DNA of 64,000 bases from the NCBI GenBank assembly GCA_011605725.1, contig JAAOZP010000009.1, forward strand, positions 102,351-166,350. Direction: 5' to 3'. Of the stretch, positions 30,094-39,372 are shown one piece after another (position 1 is the first letter of the stretch; every line of letters starts with the position of its first letter). The stretch comes from Nitrososphaerota archaeon. GTDB taxonomy: Archaea; Thermoproteota; EX4484-205; JAAOZP01. Below the pieces are notes generated by a model. That model saw nothing but the letters and a program-made list of their open reading frames with translations, ran no database searches and was not told the origin of the DNA. Position numbers and translations under genes: made by a program.

Positions 30094-30132
30094 GCGCTAT
30101 GCAAATTTTGCGTTACTTCTTATTTCTCCGTG

Positions 30133-30555
30133 TTAAATATCTTTTATTCTTCTAATGTGCTTCAAGCAGTCTTCCTTCAATCTTTCTACGAGTTTCTCGT
30201 CTGCCGTATACATGTAACTATTTTTCATGATCGCTAGGGAAATATAGGAGGCGTCATAAATTGTTATATTGTTTTTGAACGCAACCTCTATAGTTTTTTC
30301 AGCATATTTGCCTCTGAGGGGGTATAAATCTAAAAAATATGCGTCTAAGGCTTCTGAAACTTCTTTTATCTCGCTTTCTGAAAAGAGTTTTTTATAATAC
30401 AACGCATTTAAAACTTCGAAGTTAATGATTTCAGGGGCTATAAGTTTTAATTCTCCTTCTATATACTTATCCCTAATCGTCACGGCTTTATCGGAATTCT
30501 CTTCTTCAACGAACCACTTCACCACTACGCTTGCATCAACTACTGCTACCGACAT
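30133..30555 (-). CDS. vapC: PIN-domain toxin
   Basis: VVDASVVVKWF..EE, EV.NAL, YDASY..LA and TAD motifs; start reassigned to ATG 30555. Confidence 0.92.
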   Translation of the reverse strand: MSVAVVDASVVVKWFVEEENSDKAVTIRDKYIEGELKLIAPEIINFEVLNALYYKKLFSESEIKEVSEALDAYFLDLYPLRGKYAEKTIEVAFKNNITIYDASYISLAIMKNSYMYTADEKLVERLKEDCLKHIRRIKDI

Positions 30556-30778
30556 GCCGTTCTTCCCTGAACTTTCGTATGATCTCTTCAGCCCTAGCTT
30601 CACCTCTGCTTTTCTTTCTTATTTTTTCGTTTATTAGAACTGCTTTCGCCAAGTTTTTTCTTTTTTCCTCTTCCACCTTCATTCTTATCGCATTTCTGAT
30701 GAAATCACTCCAATTAACTTTAATCTCTTTCATCATCTTCTTGGTTTCTTCATCTACCCTTATCGTAATTACTGTCAT
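30536..30778 (-). CDS. vapB: RHH antitoxin
   Basis: VITIRVDEE.K..M....VNWS.FIR.AI motif; overlaps vapC. Confidence 0.88.
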   Translation of the reverse strand: MTVITIRVDEETKKMMKEIKVNWSDFIRNAIRMKVEEEKRKNLAKAVLINEKIRKKSRGEARAEEIIRKFREERHVGSSS

Positions 30779-30849
30779 ACAAGTATTACATGTATAATTT
30801 ACATATAAACTTTGCTTTTTAGACCTATTCCTGCCAAGAAAGCTAGCGC

Positions 30850-31224
30850 GCGCTTTCTCCACAAGCTATCAAGGTTCTACGTGAACAACTATGATGTGAT
30901 TTGTGTTGAAAACTTGGCCATAAGCAACATGGTTAGAAACCACATCTTAGCCCAGAAGATACTTGATGCCTCTTGGGGAAAGTTCCTTCAACTGCTCGAA
31001 TACAAGGCTGAAAGCGCCGGTGTTCGGGTGGTGAAGGTGAACCCGAGAGGCACATCTAAAGGATTAAGATCTCTTGAGACTGGATATCGGCAAATAGAAT
31101 ATTGATGAGGGGATGGGGGCGGCCCTGATCCGCCTGCCGGGATGAAGCCCTTACTGGTAGAAATACCAGCAAGCCTCATCGTTGAAGCAGGAAGCCAACA
31201 CCCCTTCTGGTGAGGGTAGCTCAC
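30850..31224 (+). mobile_element. tnpB: IS200/IS605-family remnant: 3' part of tnpB plus right end
   Basis: FLHKLSR...YD.I.VENL (RuvC-II), W..F...LEYKA, VNPRGTS, shifted-frame DWISANRIL (RuvC-III), then GAAGCAGGAAGCC...GGGTAGCTCAC terminus. Confidence 0.85.
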
Positions 31225-31225
31225 C

Positions 31226-31417
31226 GTGACTCCGAAAACAATAAGGGAATCCGTGAAACTCGTTTTCAAATATCACTTGTATATGGCTGACGCTATTCAA
31301 ATAATCTCTGCCAAACAGGCGAATGCGCGTAATCTCGTAACGGGGGATAGGAGGCTTGCCGAGGTATCTATGGTCGAGGGTTTGAAAAACGCTGTGCTTA
31401 GCCTAAACCCGCCCTGA
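31226..31417 (+). pseudogene. vapC: C-terminal half of a PIN toxin interrupted by the IS
   Basis: LY.ADAIQI.SA.....LVTGDRRL motif beginning immediately after the IS TCAC end. Confidence 0.75.
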
Positions 31418-31563
31418 AGTGGTTCGGAAGATGGTTAAAACGTGGATTCACAGGTTTCAATTTATGTGCAGTTGCATACTATTTTCCCTCGAGACCTTTC
31501 CTGCCCGTTACTGCAAATTTAATAAGTAAGGTAGTTTCCTAAGAGTGAAGCACCGGAATTAGA

Positions 31564-33162
31564 ATGAAGCCCGAGGAGACTGTTAAGACTGAGAATTACT
31601 GGGCTGCCTGCAGAGAAATAGCTGGGATCCTTGCCTCGGAGAAGCATGCTGACAGGAGGGTTGTCCACAGGGTTAAACTCAGGGTTTCCTCAAGATTCAG
31701 GCTTCCCATGGTTCCCTCTAACAGCGATATTCTTGCAAGTGCCCCGGAGAGGCTTAGGGATAGGCTTAGAAGCATTCTGATGGTTAAGCCTTCTAGAAGC
31801 TCATCCGGGGTCGTGGTTGTTGCAGCGATGGCCATGCCCATGCCCTGTCCCCATGGGAGGTGCTTCTACTGCCCGGGAGGCCCCTCCAGGAATACTCCTC
31901 AGAGCTACACCGGCCTTGAGCCGGCTGCGATGAGGGCTATTCAGAACGATTATGATCCTTTCAAACAGGTTTCCCAGAGGATTAGGCAGCTTGAGGCTGC
32001 TGGGCATGTTGTTCAGAAGGCTGAGCTGATAATAATGGGTGGAACTTTTCCGGCAGCACCTTTAGATTATCAGAAAACATTTGTCAAAGGATGTTTCGAC
32101 GCCCTGAACGGTTTTGTCTCCCAGTCTTTGGAGGAGGCTCATAGGCTTAACGAGTCGTCAAGCATCAGATGCGTAGGCTTAACTGTTGAGACTAGGCCAG
32201 ACTATTGCAGAGAGGATCATGTCGATAAAATGCTTAGCATGGGTGTCACTAGAGTTGAGATAGGTGTGCAAACTCTTAGAGACGATGTTCTTGAAAGAGT
32301 TGAGAGGGGACATAGGGTTGGGGATACTGTTAACGCTTTCAGGATTGCTAAGGACGCTGGCTTGAAAATAGTTGCGCATATGATGCCCGGGTTACCGGGT
32401 ATGAGTGTTGAAGACTCTCTGGAAGATTTTAGGAAACTCTACTTCGACGAGAGGTTTAGGCCGGACATGATAAAGATATACCCTACTCTCGTAGTCGAGG
32501 GAACAAAGCTTTACGAAGCCTGGATGAGGGGCGATTACAAGCCCCTGGAGGATGAGGAGGCTGCCGAGCTTGTCGCAAGGATACTGGAGATAACTCCGCC
32601 ATGGGTGAGGATTATGAGAGTCCAGAGGGATATTCCTGCGAACGCGATTGCAGCAGGGGTTAGGAAAAGCAATCTTAGAGAAATAGCGCATAGAATTCTC
32701 GAATCCCGTGGCTCTAAATGTAGGTGCGTAAGGTGTAGGGAAGTAGGCTTTTCAAAATCTAGAGTCAGCCTGGAGAACATTCGTCTCGTCGTTAGGAAAT
32801 ACGGGGCTTCCGGCGGGGTTGAGTACTTTCTGAGCTTTGAAGACTTGGAGAACGATGTCCTGCTCGCATACCTGAGGCTCAGGAAGCCTTCCCCGTATGC
32901 TCACCGGAGAGAGGTAAACGAGGCTTCTTCAATGATAGTGAGAGAACTAAAGGCGCTTGGAAGAGCAATACCCTTAGGTACTAGAGTAAAAGAGTCTTGG
33001 CAGCACAGGGGCTTGGGAGCAATGCTGATGGAGGAGGCTGAAAAAATCGCTGTCGAAAACGGTGCTGAGAAAATACTCGTGATCTCGGCAGTAGGCGTGA
33101 GGGAATACTACAGGAGGCTTGGCTACTTTTTCGACGGCACATACATGGTTAAGAATCTCTAA
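31564..33162 (+). CDS. elp3: Elp3 tRNA U34 carboxymethyltransferase (radical SAM + GNAT)
   Basis: CPHGRC.YCPGG, QSYTG.EP, GGTF, ETRPD, KIYPT, R.QRDIP and QHRGLG motifs. Confidence 0.97.
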   Translation: MKPEETVKTENYWAACREIAGILASEKHADRRVVHRVKLRVSSRFRLPMVPSNSDILASAPERLRDRLRSILMVKPSRSSSGVVVVAAMAMPMPCPHGRCFYCPGGPSRNTPQSYTGLEPAAMRAIQNDYDPFKQVSQRIRQLEAAGHVVQKAELIIMGGTFPAAPLDYQKTFVKGCFDALNGFVSQSLEEAHRLNESSSIRCVGLTVETRPDYCREDHVDKMLSMGVTRVEIGVQTLRDDVLERVERGHRVGDTVNAFRIAKDAGLKIVAHMMPGLPGMSVEDSLEDFRKLYFDERFRPDMIKIYPTLVVEGTKLYEAWMRGDYKPLEDEEAAELVARILEITPPWVRIMRVQRDIPANAIAAGVRKSNLREIAHRILESRGSKCRCVRCREVGFSKSRVSLENIRLVVRKYGASGGVEYFLSFEDLENDVLLAYLRLRKPSPYAHRREVNEASSMIVRELKALGRAIPLGTRVKESWQHRGLGAMLMEEAEKIAVENGAEKILVISAVGVREYYRRLGYFFDGTYMVKNL

Positions 33163-33192
33163 ACAACCGGATGCTTAATGTTTTAACAGAGG

Positions 33193-33585
33193 CTAAAGCG
33201 GGCCTCTGTAATACTTTGTAGAAGGACAGCCTAAACACTTCTTCTCATAGTAGCGTAAACACCTGCCGCAATTTATTCCGCATGGAGCATCCTCCGCCGT
33301 TTTGGTCGCGACAATTTTCACCGGCAGATACTTTGGGACTGCTGGCGCCTCGCCTATTATGGCTTCTGAACGCCTAATGCCGCCCGTCCGCGCCCTCACG
33401 GAGCACCTTTCTATTATAGCGTTCAGCGTGTCAGCGTCCTCCGCCACCATGATGGTCATCAGGTTGTAGGCGCCTGTCGTCATGGCTAGAAACACCATTC
33501 TCGGACACTTGGAGAACATGTTTACGAGTTCCCGTAGACGCTGGGGTGTTTCAACCTCCGCGTTAGCCAACAAGATTCCAAGGCA
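33193..33585 (-). pseudogene. Lrp/AsnC-family regulator remnant (HTH lost) with C-terminal Cys cluster
   Basis: CPR..F....TG.YNL RAM-like domain and CG..C..C.RY....CLGCP tail; no N-terminal HTH. Confidence 0.65.
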
Positions 33586-33811
33586 GGTCATGCTCGTTAA
33601 GAAGATTAAACGCCTTATTGTTGTCGACGGTTGCCGCAACGAGTGTTCGAGAAAAATATTGGATGCTCTGGGGATCAGATACGATGAATATCTGAATCTG
33701 GAGAATGATCTTGGAATTGGAAAACTGGGGCCGTTCACCACTATGAATTATTCTAAAGAGGATGTTGAAAAGGTTTCTTTGGCCATAATGAAAAGGATAC
33801 AGGAAACATGA
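33550..33811 (+). pseudogene. DGC-domain (putative zinc-binding) protein remnant, N-terminus lost
   Basis: IVVDGC..EC.RK.L ... DLGI.K motif. Confidence 0.65.
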
Positions 33812-33929
33812 TGCTAAGCCATCTTTCCTCCTCATCATGTTGTTAACGGCATCTTTTACATCCTTGTAATACGATTGCGTTCGATAGCTATGCTTTTAAA
33901 CTGTTGGTAACACTAATCTTATAGGTAAA

Positions 33930-34703
33930 ATGAGCAAGGGCAGGGTCCTAGTCAAAGGCCCAAGGGTGCAGAATATTGGCTACAGGCTCTTCCTATTAAA
34001 CCTGGCGGGCGAATCGAACTTAACAGGCTTCCAGGCTAGGAACATCGGTACCGATTGCGTCGAAGTGTTGTACGAGGGTGGTGATCAGGAGATTAGGGAA
34101 TTTGTGGAGAAGGTTAAAGAATCCTCGCCTAAGGAGGCTGAAGTTTCCAGCATCGAGTTTAAAGAATACGATGGCCCCGTAAAAAGGATAGAGGTATTTC
34201 GAAGCGAGTTCACGACAATGCAGCTTGGGAAGATCGTTGAAATAGGCTTAGAGATGATCGGTAAGCAAGATAATTCGCTCAGTAAGCAGGACTCGATGCT
34301 TGATAAACAGGATAAAATGCTTGAAAAGCAGGATAGGATGCTTGAAAAACAGGACTTGATGCTTGGTAAACAGGATGGAATGTTAGGAAAGCTAGATCAG
34401 ATGCTGGAAAAGCAAGACTTGATGCTTGAGAAGCAAGACTTAATGATCGAGAAGCAAGACTTGATGCTTGAGAAACAGGATGCGGTGCTGCAGAGACAGG
34501 ATCAGATGCTTGAGAAGCAGGATAAGATGCTTGAGAAACAAGATACGATGATCGAAAAAATAGATGGACTTGGAGCGAAAGTGGATAACTTGGGCGTGAA
34601 AATCGATGGTCTTAGAGAAGACTTGAAATCTATGCTTGATAGACGGTTAACAACGCTGGAGAGAGACGTGGCTCTAATAAAGAATAGACTGGGGATCGCC
34701 TGA
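33930..34703 (+). CDS. acylphosphatase domain fused to a long heptad-repeat coiled coil
   Basis: G.RVQ.IGYR and catalytic-Asn region (ARN) retained; about 14 KQDxMLE-type heptads. Confidence 0.85.
   Translation: MSKGRVLVKGPRVQNIGYRLFLLNLAGESNLTGFQARNIGTDCVEVLYEGGDQEIREFVEKVKESSPKEAEVSSIEFKEYDGPVKRIEVFRSEFTTMQLGKIVEIGLEMIGKQDNSLSKQDSMLDKQDKMLEKQDRMLEKQDLMLGKQDGMLGKLDQMLEKQDLMLEKQDLMIEKQDLMLEKQDAVLQRQDQMLEKQDKMLEKQDTMIEKIDGLGAKVDNLGVKIDGLREDLKSMLDRRLTTLERDVALIKNRLGIA
34263..34556 (+). repeat. intragenic 21-bp degenerate tandem repeat
   Basis: AA(G/A)CA(G/A)GA..ATGCTTGA(G/A) unit repeated about 14 times. Confidence 0.9.
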
Positions 34704-34827
34704 ATATAGGCTCACATATTATTCGTTTTTCCAGTGAAGCCCCACCCGTAGAAGCAAGATATGGTACAACGTAAAGCCAGCCATGACTATTAAGGTTAAA
34801 ATACTTCTGTAAGCATTCCAGCTCGTA

Positions 34828-36696
34828 TTGAGCTCTCTGAAAGTAGGCTTAGAGTTTCACCAGCGCCTAGCGTTCCACAAGCTTTTCTGCAGCTGCCCCT
34901 CCACTTCACTGGGAGAAGCCTCGGGTAAAGTGGTGAGGAGGCTTAGGGCCTCTCTTAGCGAGCTCGGTGAGCTAGACCCCGCTGCGCTGGCTGAAGCATC
35001 TAGAAGCAGGGTCTTCACGTATCATGTTGACGATTCGTTCAACTGTCTCGTCGAGCTCGACGAGGAGCCTCCCCACCCTATTGACGATGAGGTTCTCGAC
35101 GCCGCTCTCGAGATGGCCCTCTACTTCAACATGACTGTTGTCGACGAGGCTAGGGTGATGAGGAAGACTGTGATCGACGGCAGCAATACTTCTGGCTTCC
35201 AGAGAACACTGTTGGTGGCGCTGGGGAACAATGATTCTGTTATCGAGACCAGCGAGGGGCCTGTGAGGCTTAAGAGCCTCTGCCTCGAAGAGGAGTCTGC
35301 CTTCATAGTTGAAAGCGGAAGGGAGGCTGCGGAGTACAGGCTTGACAGGCTTGGAATCCCGCTTGTCGAAATAGCCACTGAACCCGATATTAAGAGTCCA
35401 TCGCAGGCCCTGGAGGCTGCTGAAGAAGTGGGGCTAGCCTTAAGGATGACCGGTAAGGTTATGAGGGGCCTCGGCACCATAAGGCAGGATATAAACATAA
35501 GTATTGAGGGCGGCGCCAGGCAGGAGATTAAAGGCGTTCAGAATCTTAAGCTGATCCCTGAGATAGTTGAGAGAGAAGCCTTGAGGCAGAGCAGCCTGAT
35601 TAGGCTCAGAGACATTTTGAGGAAAAGGTGTTCCCAGCGCAGTTTCACCTATAATCCTGTCGACCTGACGGAGGTCTTCAGGGGAACCGCCTCTAAGATG
35701 ATATCTAGAGCATTATCTAAGGGGGATGTTGTCTACGGTTTGAAGGCTCCTGGTTTCAGAGGCCTGCTGGGGATGGAGCTTCAACCCGGCAGGAGGTTCG
35801 GGACAGAGCTTGCTGACTACGCTAGAGTCTGGGGGGGCTTGCAAGGCATCATTCATACTGATGAGCTCCCAGGGTACGGAATATCTGAAGCCGAGGTCAA
35901 TAAGGTTTTCGAAGTGTTAGAAGCCTCTGGAGACGATGCTGCAGTCATAGTTGTGGGTGAACCTGCTAGGGTTGAGGCAGCGCTAAGAGCAGTCTACAGG
36001 AGGATGCTTCAAGCATTCGACGGCGTCCCTTCTGAGACCAGGAGGGCTCTTGAAGACGGTAATACTGACTACCTACGGCCACTCCCTGGCTCAGCGAGAA
36101 TGTATCCTGAGACTGATATCCCTCCAATACCCATTACGGCCGAGAGGCTTGAGAAAATAAGGCGAGCGCTTCCGAAAAAGCCTCATGAGAAGGTTAGGGA
36201 GCTTGAGGAAATGGGTTTGAGCAGCCATATGGCTCAGCAACTAGTTAGGTCCCACTACCTCACGGTTTTCGAAAAAGTTTTGGAAAACACTAGCCTAACA
36301 CCCTTGACGCTAGCCTCCTTCCTCCTGAATACTCTCCCCTATGTGAGGAGGGAGGGTGGAAGAGAATATGGTGACGAAGAGCTGATTCCGCTCTTAAGAA
36401 CCTTTCCAAGCGATTTGCCTAGGGAAATGATACCGGATGCGCTGAAGCTTTTCGCCGACAAGGGCATGAGCCTGGGCGAGGTTTACGAGGAGCTTAGGCG
36501 TAGGAAAGTGGGGGAGGACGAGTTAAGGGCTGAAGCGAGGAAGCTTGTCGAAGAAAACATTTCCTACGTCAGGGAGAAGGGTATGGGCTCCGTTAAAATG
36601 CTGATGGGCAGAATGATGGAGAGATTCAGGGGGGTTGCGGAGGGCTCAACAATCTATAGGATCCTCATGGAGGAGGTTAAGAGGAGGCTGGAGTAA
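34828..36696 (+). CDS. gatE: Glu-tRNA(Gln) amidotransferase subunit E
   Basis: GLE.HQ.L, KLFC.C, DGSNTSGFQRT, LDRLG.PL.EI.T.P and RMYPETD motifs. Confidence 0.97.
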   Translation: MSSLKVGLEFHQRLAFHKLFCSCPSTSLGEASGKVVRRLRASLSELGELDPAALAEASRSRVFTYHVDDSFNCLVELDEEPPHPIDDEVLDAALEMALYFNMTVVDEARVMRKTVIDGSNTSGFQRTLLVALGNNDSVIETSEGPVRLKSLCLEEESAFIVESGREAAEYRLDRLGIPLVEIATEPDIKSPSQALEAAEEVGLALRMTGKVMRGLGTIRQDINISIEGGARQEIKGVQNLKLIPEIVEREALRQSSLIRLRDILRKRCSQRSFTYNPVDLTEVFRGTASKMISRALSKGDVVYGLKAPGFRGLLGMELQPGRRFGTELADYARVWGGLQGIIHTDELPGYGISEAEVNKVFEVLEASGDDAAVIVVGEPARVEAALRAVYRRMLQAFDGVPSETRRALEDGNTDYLRPLPGSARMYPETDIPPIPITAERLEKIRRALPKKPHEKVRELEEMGLSSHMAQQLVRSHYLTVFEKVLENTSLTPLTLASFLLNTLPYVRREGGREYGDEELIPLLRTFPSDLPREMIPDALKLFADKGMSLGEVYEELRRRKVGEDELRAEARKLVEENISYVREKGMGSVKMLMGRMMERFRGVAEGSTIYRILMEEVKRRLE

Positions 36697-36698
36697 AA

Positions 36699-38045
36699 AT
36701 GCCTTACTCTGAAGAGGTTGAGAAAAAGCTTTCTGAGAAGGGTGTTAAGCCGGGTGACAGGATTATGCTTAAACGGGGCAAGCTTATCGTGGAGGGTATT
36801 CTCCTTCCCAGGGAGGAGGTGGACTTTGGAGACGGGAGTGTCCTCGTGATAAAGCTTGACAACGGTTACAACGTGGGGTTCAGGCTGGACGACGGTGAAA
36901 TAGTTAAGCTTGAAGGATCTGTTGAGCTTGGAAAGTTTAAGACTCTGGAGAAGGTTGAGCAAGATAAGGCGCTTCCACCAGTCTCCATATTTTCCACAGG
37001 CGGAACCATAAGCGCTAGAATAGACTACTACACGGGAGGCGTCTCAATGCTTTTCACGCCTGAAGAATTATTCTACAATGTTCCAGAAGTCTTGGAAATA
37101 GCCTATTTGAGAAGGGTTGAAAGACTGTTCAGCCTAGCTTCGGAAGACATGTCTCCCAGGGAATGGTCAACAATGGCTAGGAGGGTGGCTGAAAGCCTGG
37201 CTGAGGGTGACGCTGGCGTTATAATTCTACACGGGACTGATACAATGCACTATACCTCAGCCGCCCTATCTTTCATGCTTAGAGGTTTAAATGCTCCAGT
37301 AGTGTTAATAGGCTCCCAGAGATCCAGCGACAGGGGGTCCAGAGATTCAGATATGAACATAATCTGCGGGCTTCACGCCGCCACCAAGATGAACCTGGGG
37401 GAAGTGGTTGTATGTATGCATGCTGAGTCAGGAGACACTTTCAACAACGTGATAAGGGGTACTAGGGTGAGGAAAATGCACTCTACCAGAAGGGATGCTT
37501 TCAAACCAGTGAACTCGCTTCCCTTGGCTCGGGTCTGGCCGGATGGGCGGGTGGAGATGGTTGAGAAAGAGTTTAGACCAAGGAGCTCTGAGCCTCCTAC
37601 TGTTGACGATGCCTTCGAGCTCAAGACTGCGCTGGTTAAAGCATATCCGGGCTCAAACCCTGAGATTATTGATTTCCTTGTTGACAAGGGCTATAAGGGT
37701 ATTGTTATAGAGGGAACAGGAATGGGCCATGTTCCGACAGAACCGTTAGATAGAAAACTATCTTGGGTGGGCAGCGTTAAAAGAGGTATTGAAGAAGGAG
37801 TAGTTATAGCTATGGTTACTCAATGCGTGTTCGGCAGGGTTAACCCCTACGTTTACAGGAATGCGCGGATAATGGTGAAGCTGGGAGTAGTTTACTGCGA
37901 AGACATGCTGAGTGAAGTAGCGTATGTTAAGCTGGGATGGCTTTTAGGCCATGGTTTTGACAACGAGACCGTTAAGAAGCTGATGCTGCATAATTTCGCA
38001 GGAGAAATCTCCAAGAGATCCCTCTACTCAACGTATCAGCTTTAA
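36699..38045 (+). CDS. gatD: Glu-tRNA(Gln) amidotransferase subunit D
   Basis: KLD.GYN.G, TGGTI..R.DY.TG, HGTDT and GSQRSSDR motifs. Confidence 0.97.
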   Translation: MPYSEEVEKKLSEKGVKPGDRIMLKRGKLIVEGILLPREEVDFGDGSVLVIKLDNGYNVGFRLDDGEIVKLEGSVELGKFKTLEKVEQDKALPPVSIFSTGGTISARIDYYTGGVSMLFTPEELFYNVPEVLEIAYLRRVERLFSLASEDMSPREWSTMARRVAESLAEGDAGVIILHGTDTMHYTSAALSFMLRGLNAPVVLIGSQRSSDRGSRDSDMNIICGLHAATKMNLGEVVVCMHAESGDTFNNVIRGTRVRKMHSTRRDAFKPVNSLPLARVWPDGRVEMVEKEFRPRSSEPPTVDDAFELKTALVKAYPGSNPEIIDFLVDKGYKGIVIEGTGMGHVPTEPLDRKLSWVGSVKRGIEEGVVIAMVTQCVFGRVNPYVYRNARIMVKLGVVYCEDMLSEVAYVKLGWLLGHGFDNETVKKLMLHNFAGEISKRSLYSTYQL

Positions 38046-38290
38046 TCCTTCTTTATTTTCTTTAAGGTGAGAGTCTTAGCCTTCCTGTCGGATAAGACCC
38101 TGTATTCCCCACTCAGCTTCTTCCTGCTTAGAAACCATCTTACTGCCTTCCTCAGCCTCGTGTTAGAAACGTTTTCCACAACTATCCTTCCAGAGCTCTC
38201 TTCAACCTTCGCAGACAGCTTCCTCCTAAGAAATTCTCCAAGCTCCCTGAGAGCATCGCCCGGAAGCTTCGAAGCATCAAGCTCAGCCAT
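38042..38290 (-). CDS. rpl22e: probable ribosomal protein eL22 homolog
   Basis: Small basic protein with the eL22-like pattern L.EFL..K...I.V...S...LR.....FL....L....RV.S.....L.L; recognised by eye only. Confidence 0.55.
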   Translation of the reverse strand: MAELDASKLPGDALRELGEFLRRKLSAKVEESSGRIVVENVSNTRLRKAVRWFLSRKKLSGEYRVLSDRKAKTLTLKKIKKD

Positions 38291-38338
38291 GGCTAAGCCT
38301 CAGACAGACTAGTTTAAATGGTTTACTGCCACGCGCCC

Positions 38339-38971
38339 TTAGGACCAGAGCCTGCTAACCAGGTTAGTGAAACCCTGGTTCCCAACTAGGGCCGCCATGT
38401 AGAACCCCATCAGCCCCATTTCAATCCAGGCTTTAGCGAGTATCGGCATGAGGAGGGTAACTAGAAAGCTTGCAGCCGCCGGAGGAGCGAAAAGGGGAAT
38501 TATAACCATGAAGAAGAACACTGTAAAGAGACATTCCGGAACATACCCGAGAAGCGTGGAGACGAGAGTTAGCAAGCCTTTCCTCTTTCTCCCCATGATC
38601 CCGAGGCCCCTGCTGATCAGGCCTACTGACAAGCCTGTTAGCATCTTGCCAAACACGAAACCAGGCAGGAACAACGCCATCAACCCGCTGGTCGAGCCGA
38701 AGTATAGCCCGCTTCCAAGACCAGCGATAACCCCGACGGCTGAGCCCGCCAAAGGACCCCCGAAGAAGCCAGCTATCAGGGTCCCCATGTGAGACAGATC
38801 CAAAGCAACCTGCCCCCAGTTTAAAACTGTCACAGAAGCCAGGAACAGAATATTGCTTAAAGCCCCCATCATGCCTACAAATGCTACTCTACGAGCCCTG
38901 CTAAACACAGGTAGAGTGTTTTTCCCAGCCCTTCGAATCCCTACTTCCTTTACAGGAGAAACTTCAGCCAT
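38339..38971 (-). CDS. ECF transporter substrate-binding (S) component
   Basis: A....AL, D.S......G...GP..G...G motifs and about 6 TM segments. Confidence 0.8.
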   Translation of the reverse strand: MAEVSPVKEVGIRRAGKNTLPVFSRARRVAFVGMMGALSNILFLASVTVLNWGQVALDLSHMGTLIAGFFGGPLAGSAVGVIAGLGSGLYFGSTSGLMALFLPGFVFGKMLTGLSVGLISRGLGIMGRKRKGLLTLVSTLLGYVPECLFTVFFFMVIIPLFAPPAAASFLVTLLMPILAKAWIEMGLMGFYMAALVGNQGFTNLVSRLWS

Positions 38972-39100
38972 TTTTCGCCCCCCTAAAAGCCCACAGCGCT
39001 ATATATAAGTTTTAGTGACAGTATGTAAAAATGTTACACATAGCTTGGAAGAAGAATAAAAAGTTGGAATGAAAGAAGAATTAACGGTACTGATAACTGA

Positions 39101-39370
39101 GTAGACCTAGTCTCGAAACCGAAGATGGAAAGCTGATAGTTGTAGAGGTTAAATCGACTTTAGATCTCGAGCTCATTCCTAACCGGTATGACGATGCCAT
39201 AAAGTCCCTAAAAGAAGATCCAGGGTACATCGGGCTGATTAAGAAGTACGGCGTCATACTGGGGGAAGGAGCACCGCCGAGGAAGGACGTTGAAGCTTAT
39301 AGCCTGCGCGACATGTTTCCACTTAGATGCGAAGGTGCTTATAATATGGATCTTGGAGGAGGTTCCGTGA
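39101..39370 (+). pseudogene. frameshifted PD-(D/E)xK nuclease C-terminal remnant
   Basis: VDLV/ETEDGKLIVVEVKST catalytic motif split by a frameshift. A second shift gives IACATCFHLDAKVLIIWILEEVP*, which ends 2 bp before the next ATG. Confidence 0.6.
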
Positions 39371-39372
39371 GT

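Noticed and set aside
33193-33741. Intact 182-aa Lrp regulator as given by the ORF track
   Set aside because: The N-terminal part is the antisense of the DGC remnant and has no HTH.
34734-34752. GAAGCCCCACCCGT as an IS605 right-end remnant
   Set aside because: The complementary arm and TCAC terminus are missing; too short to support.
39313-39372. ORF-track start of the 266-aa protein
   Set aside because: This segment belongs to the tail of the nuclease remnant in another frame; ATG 39373 has an SD.
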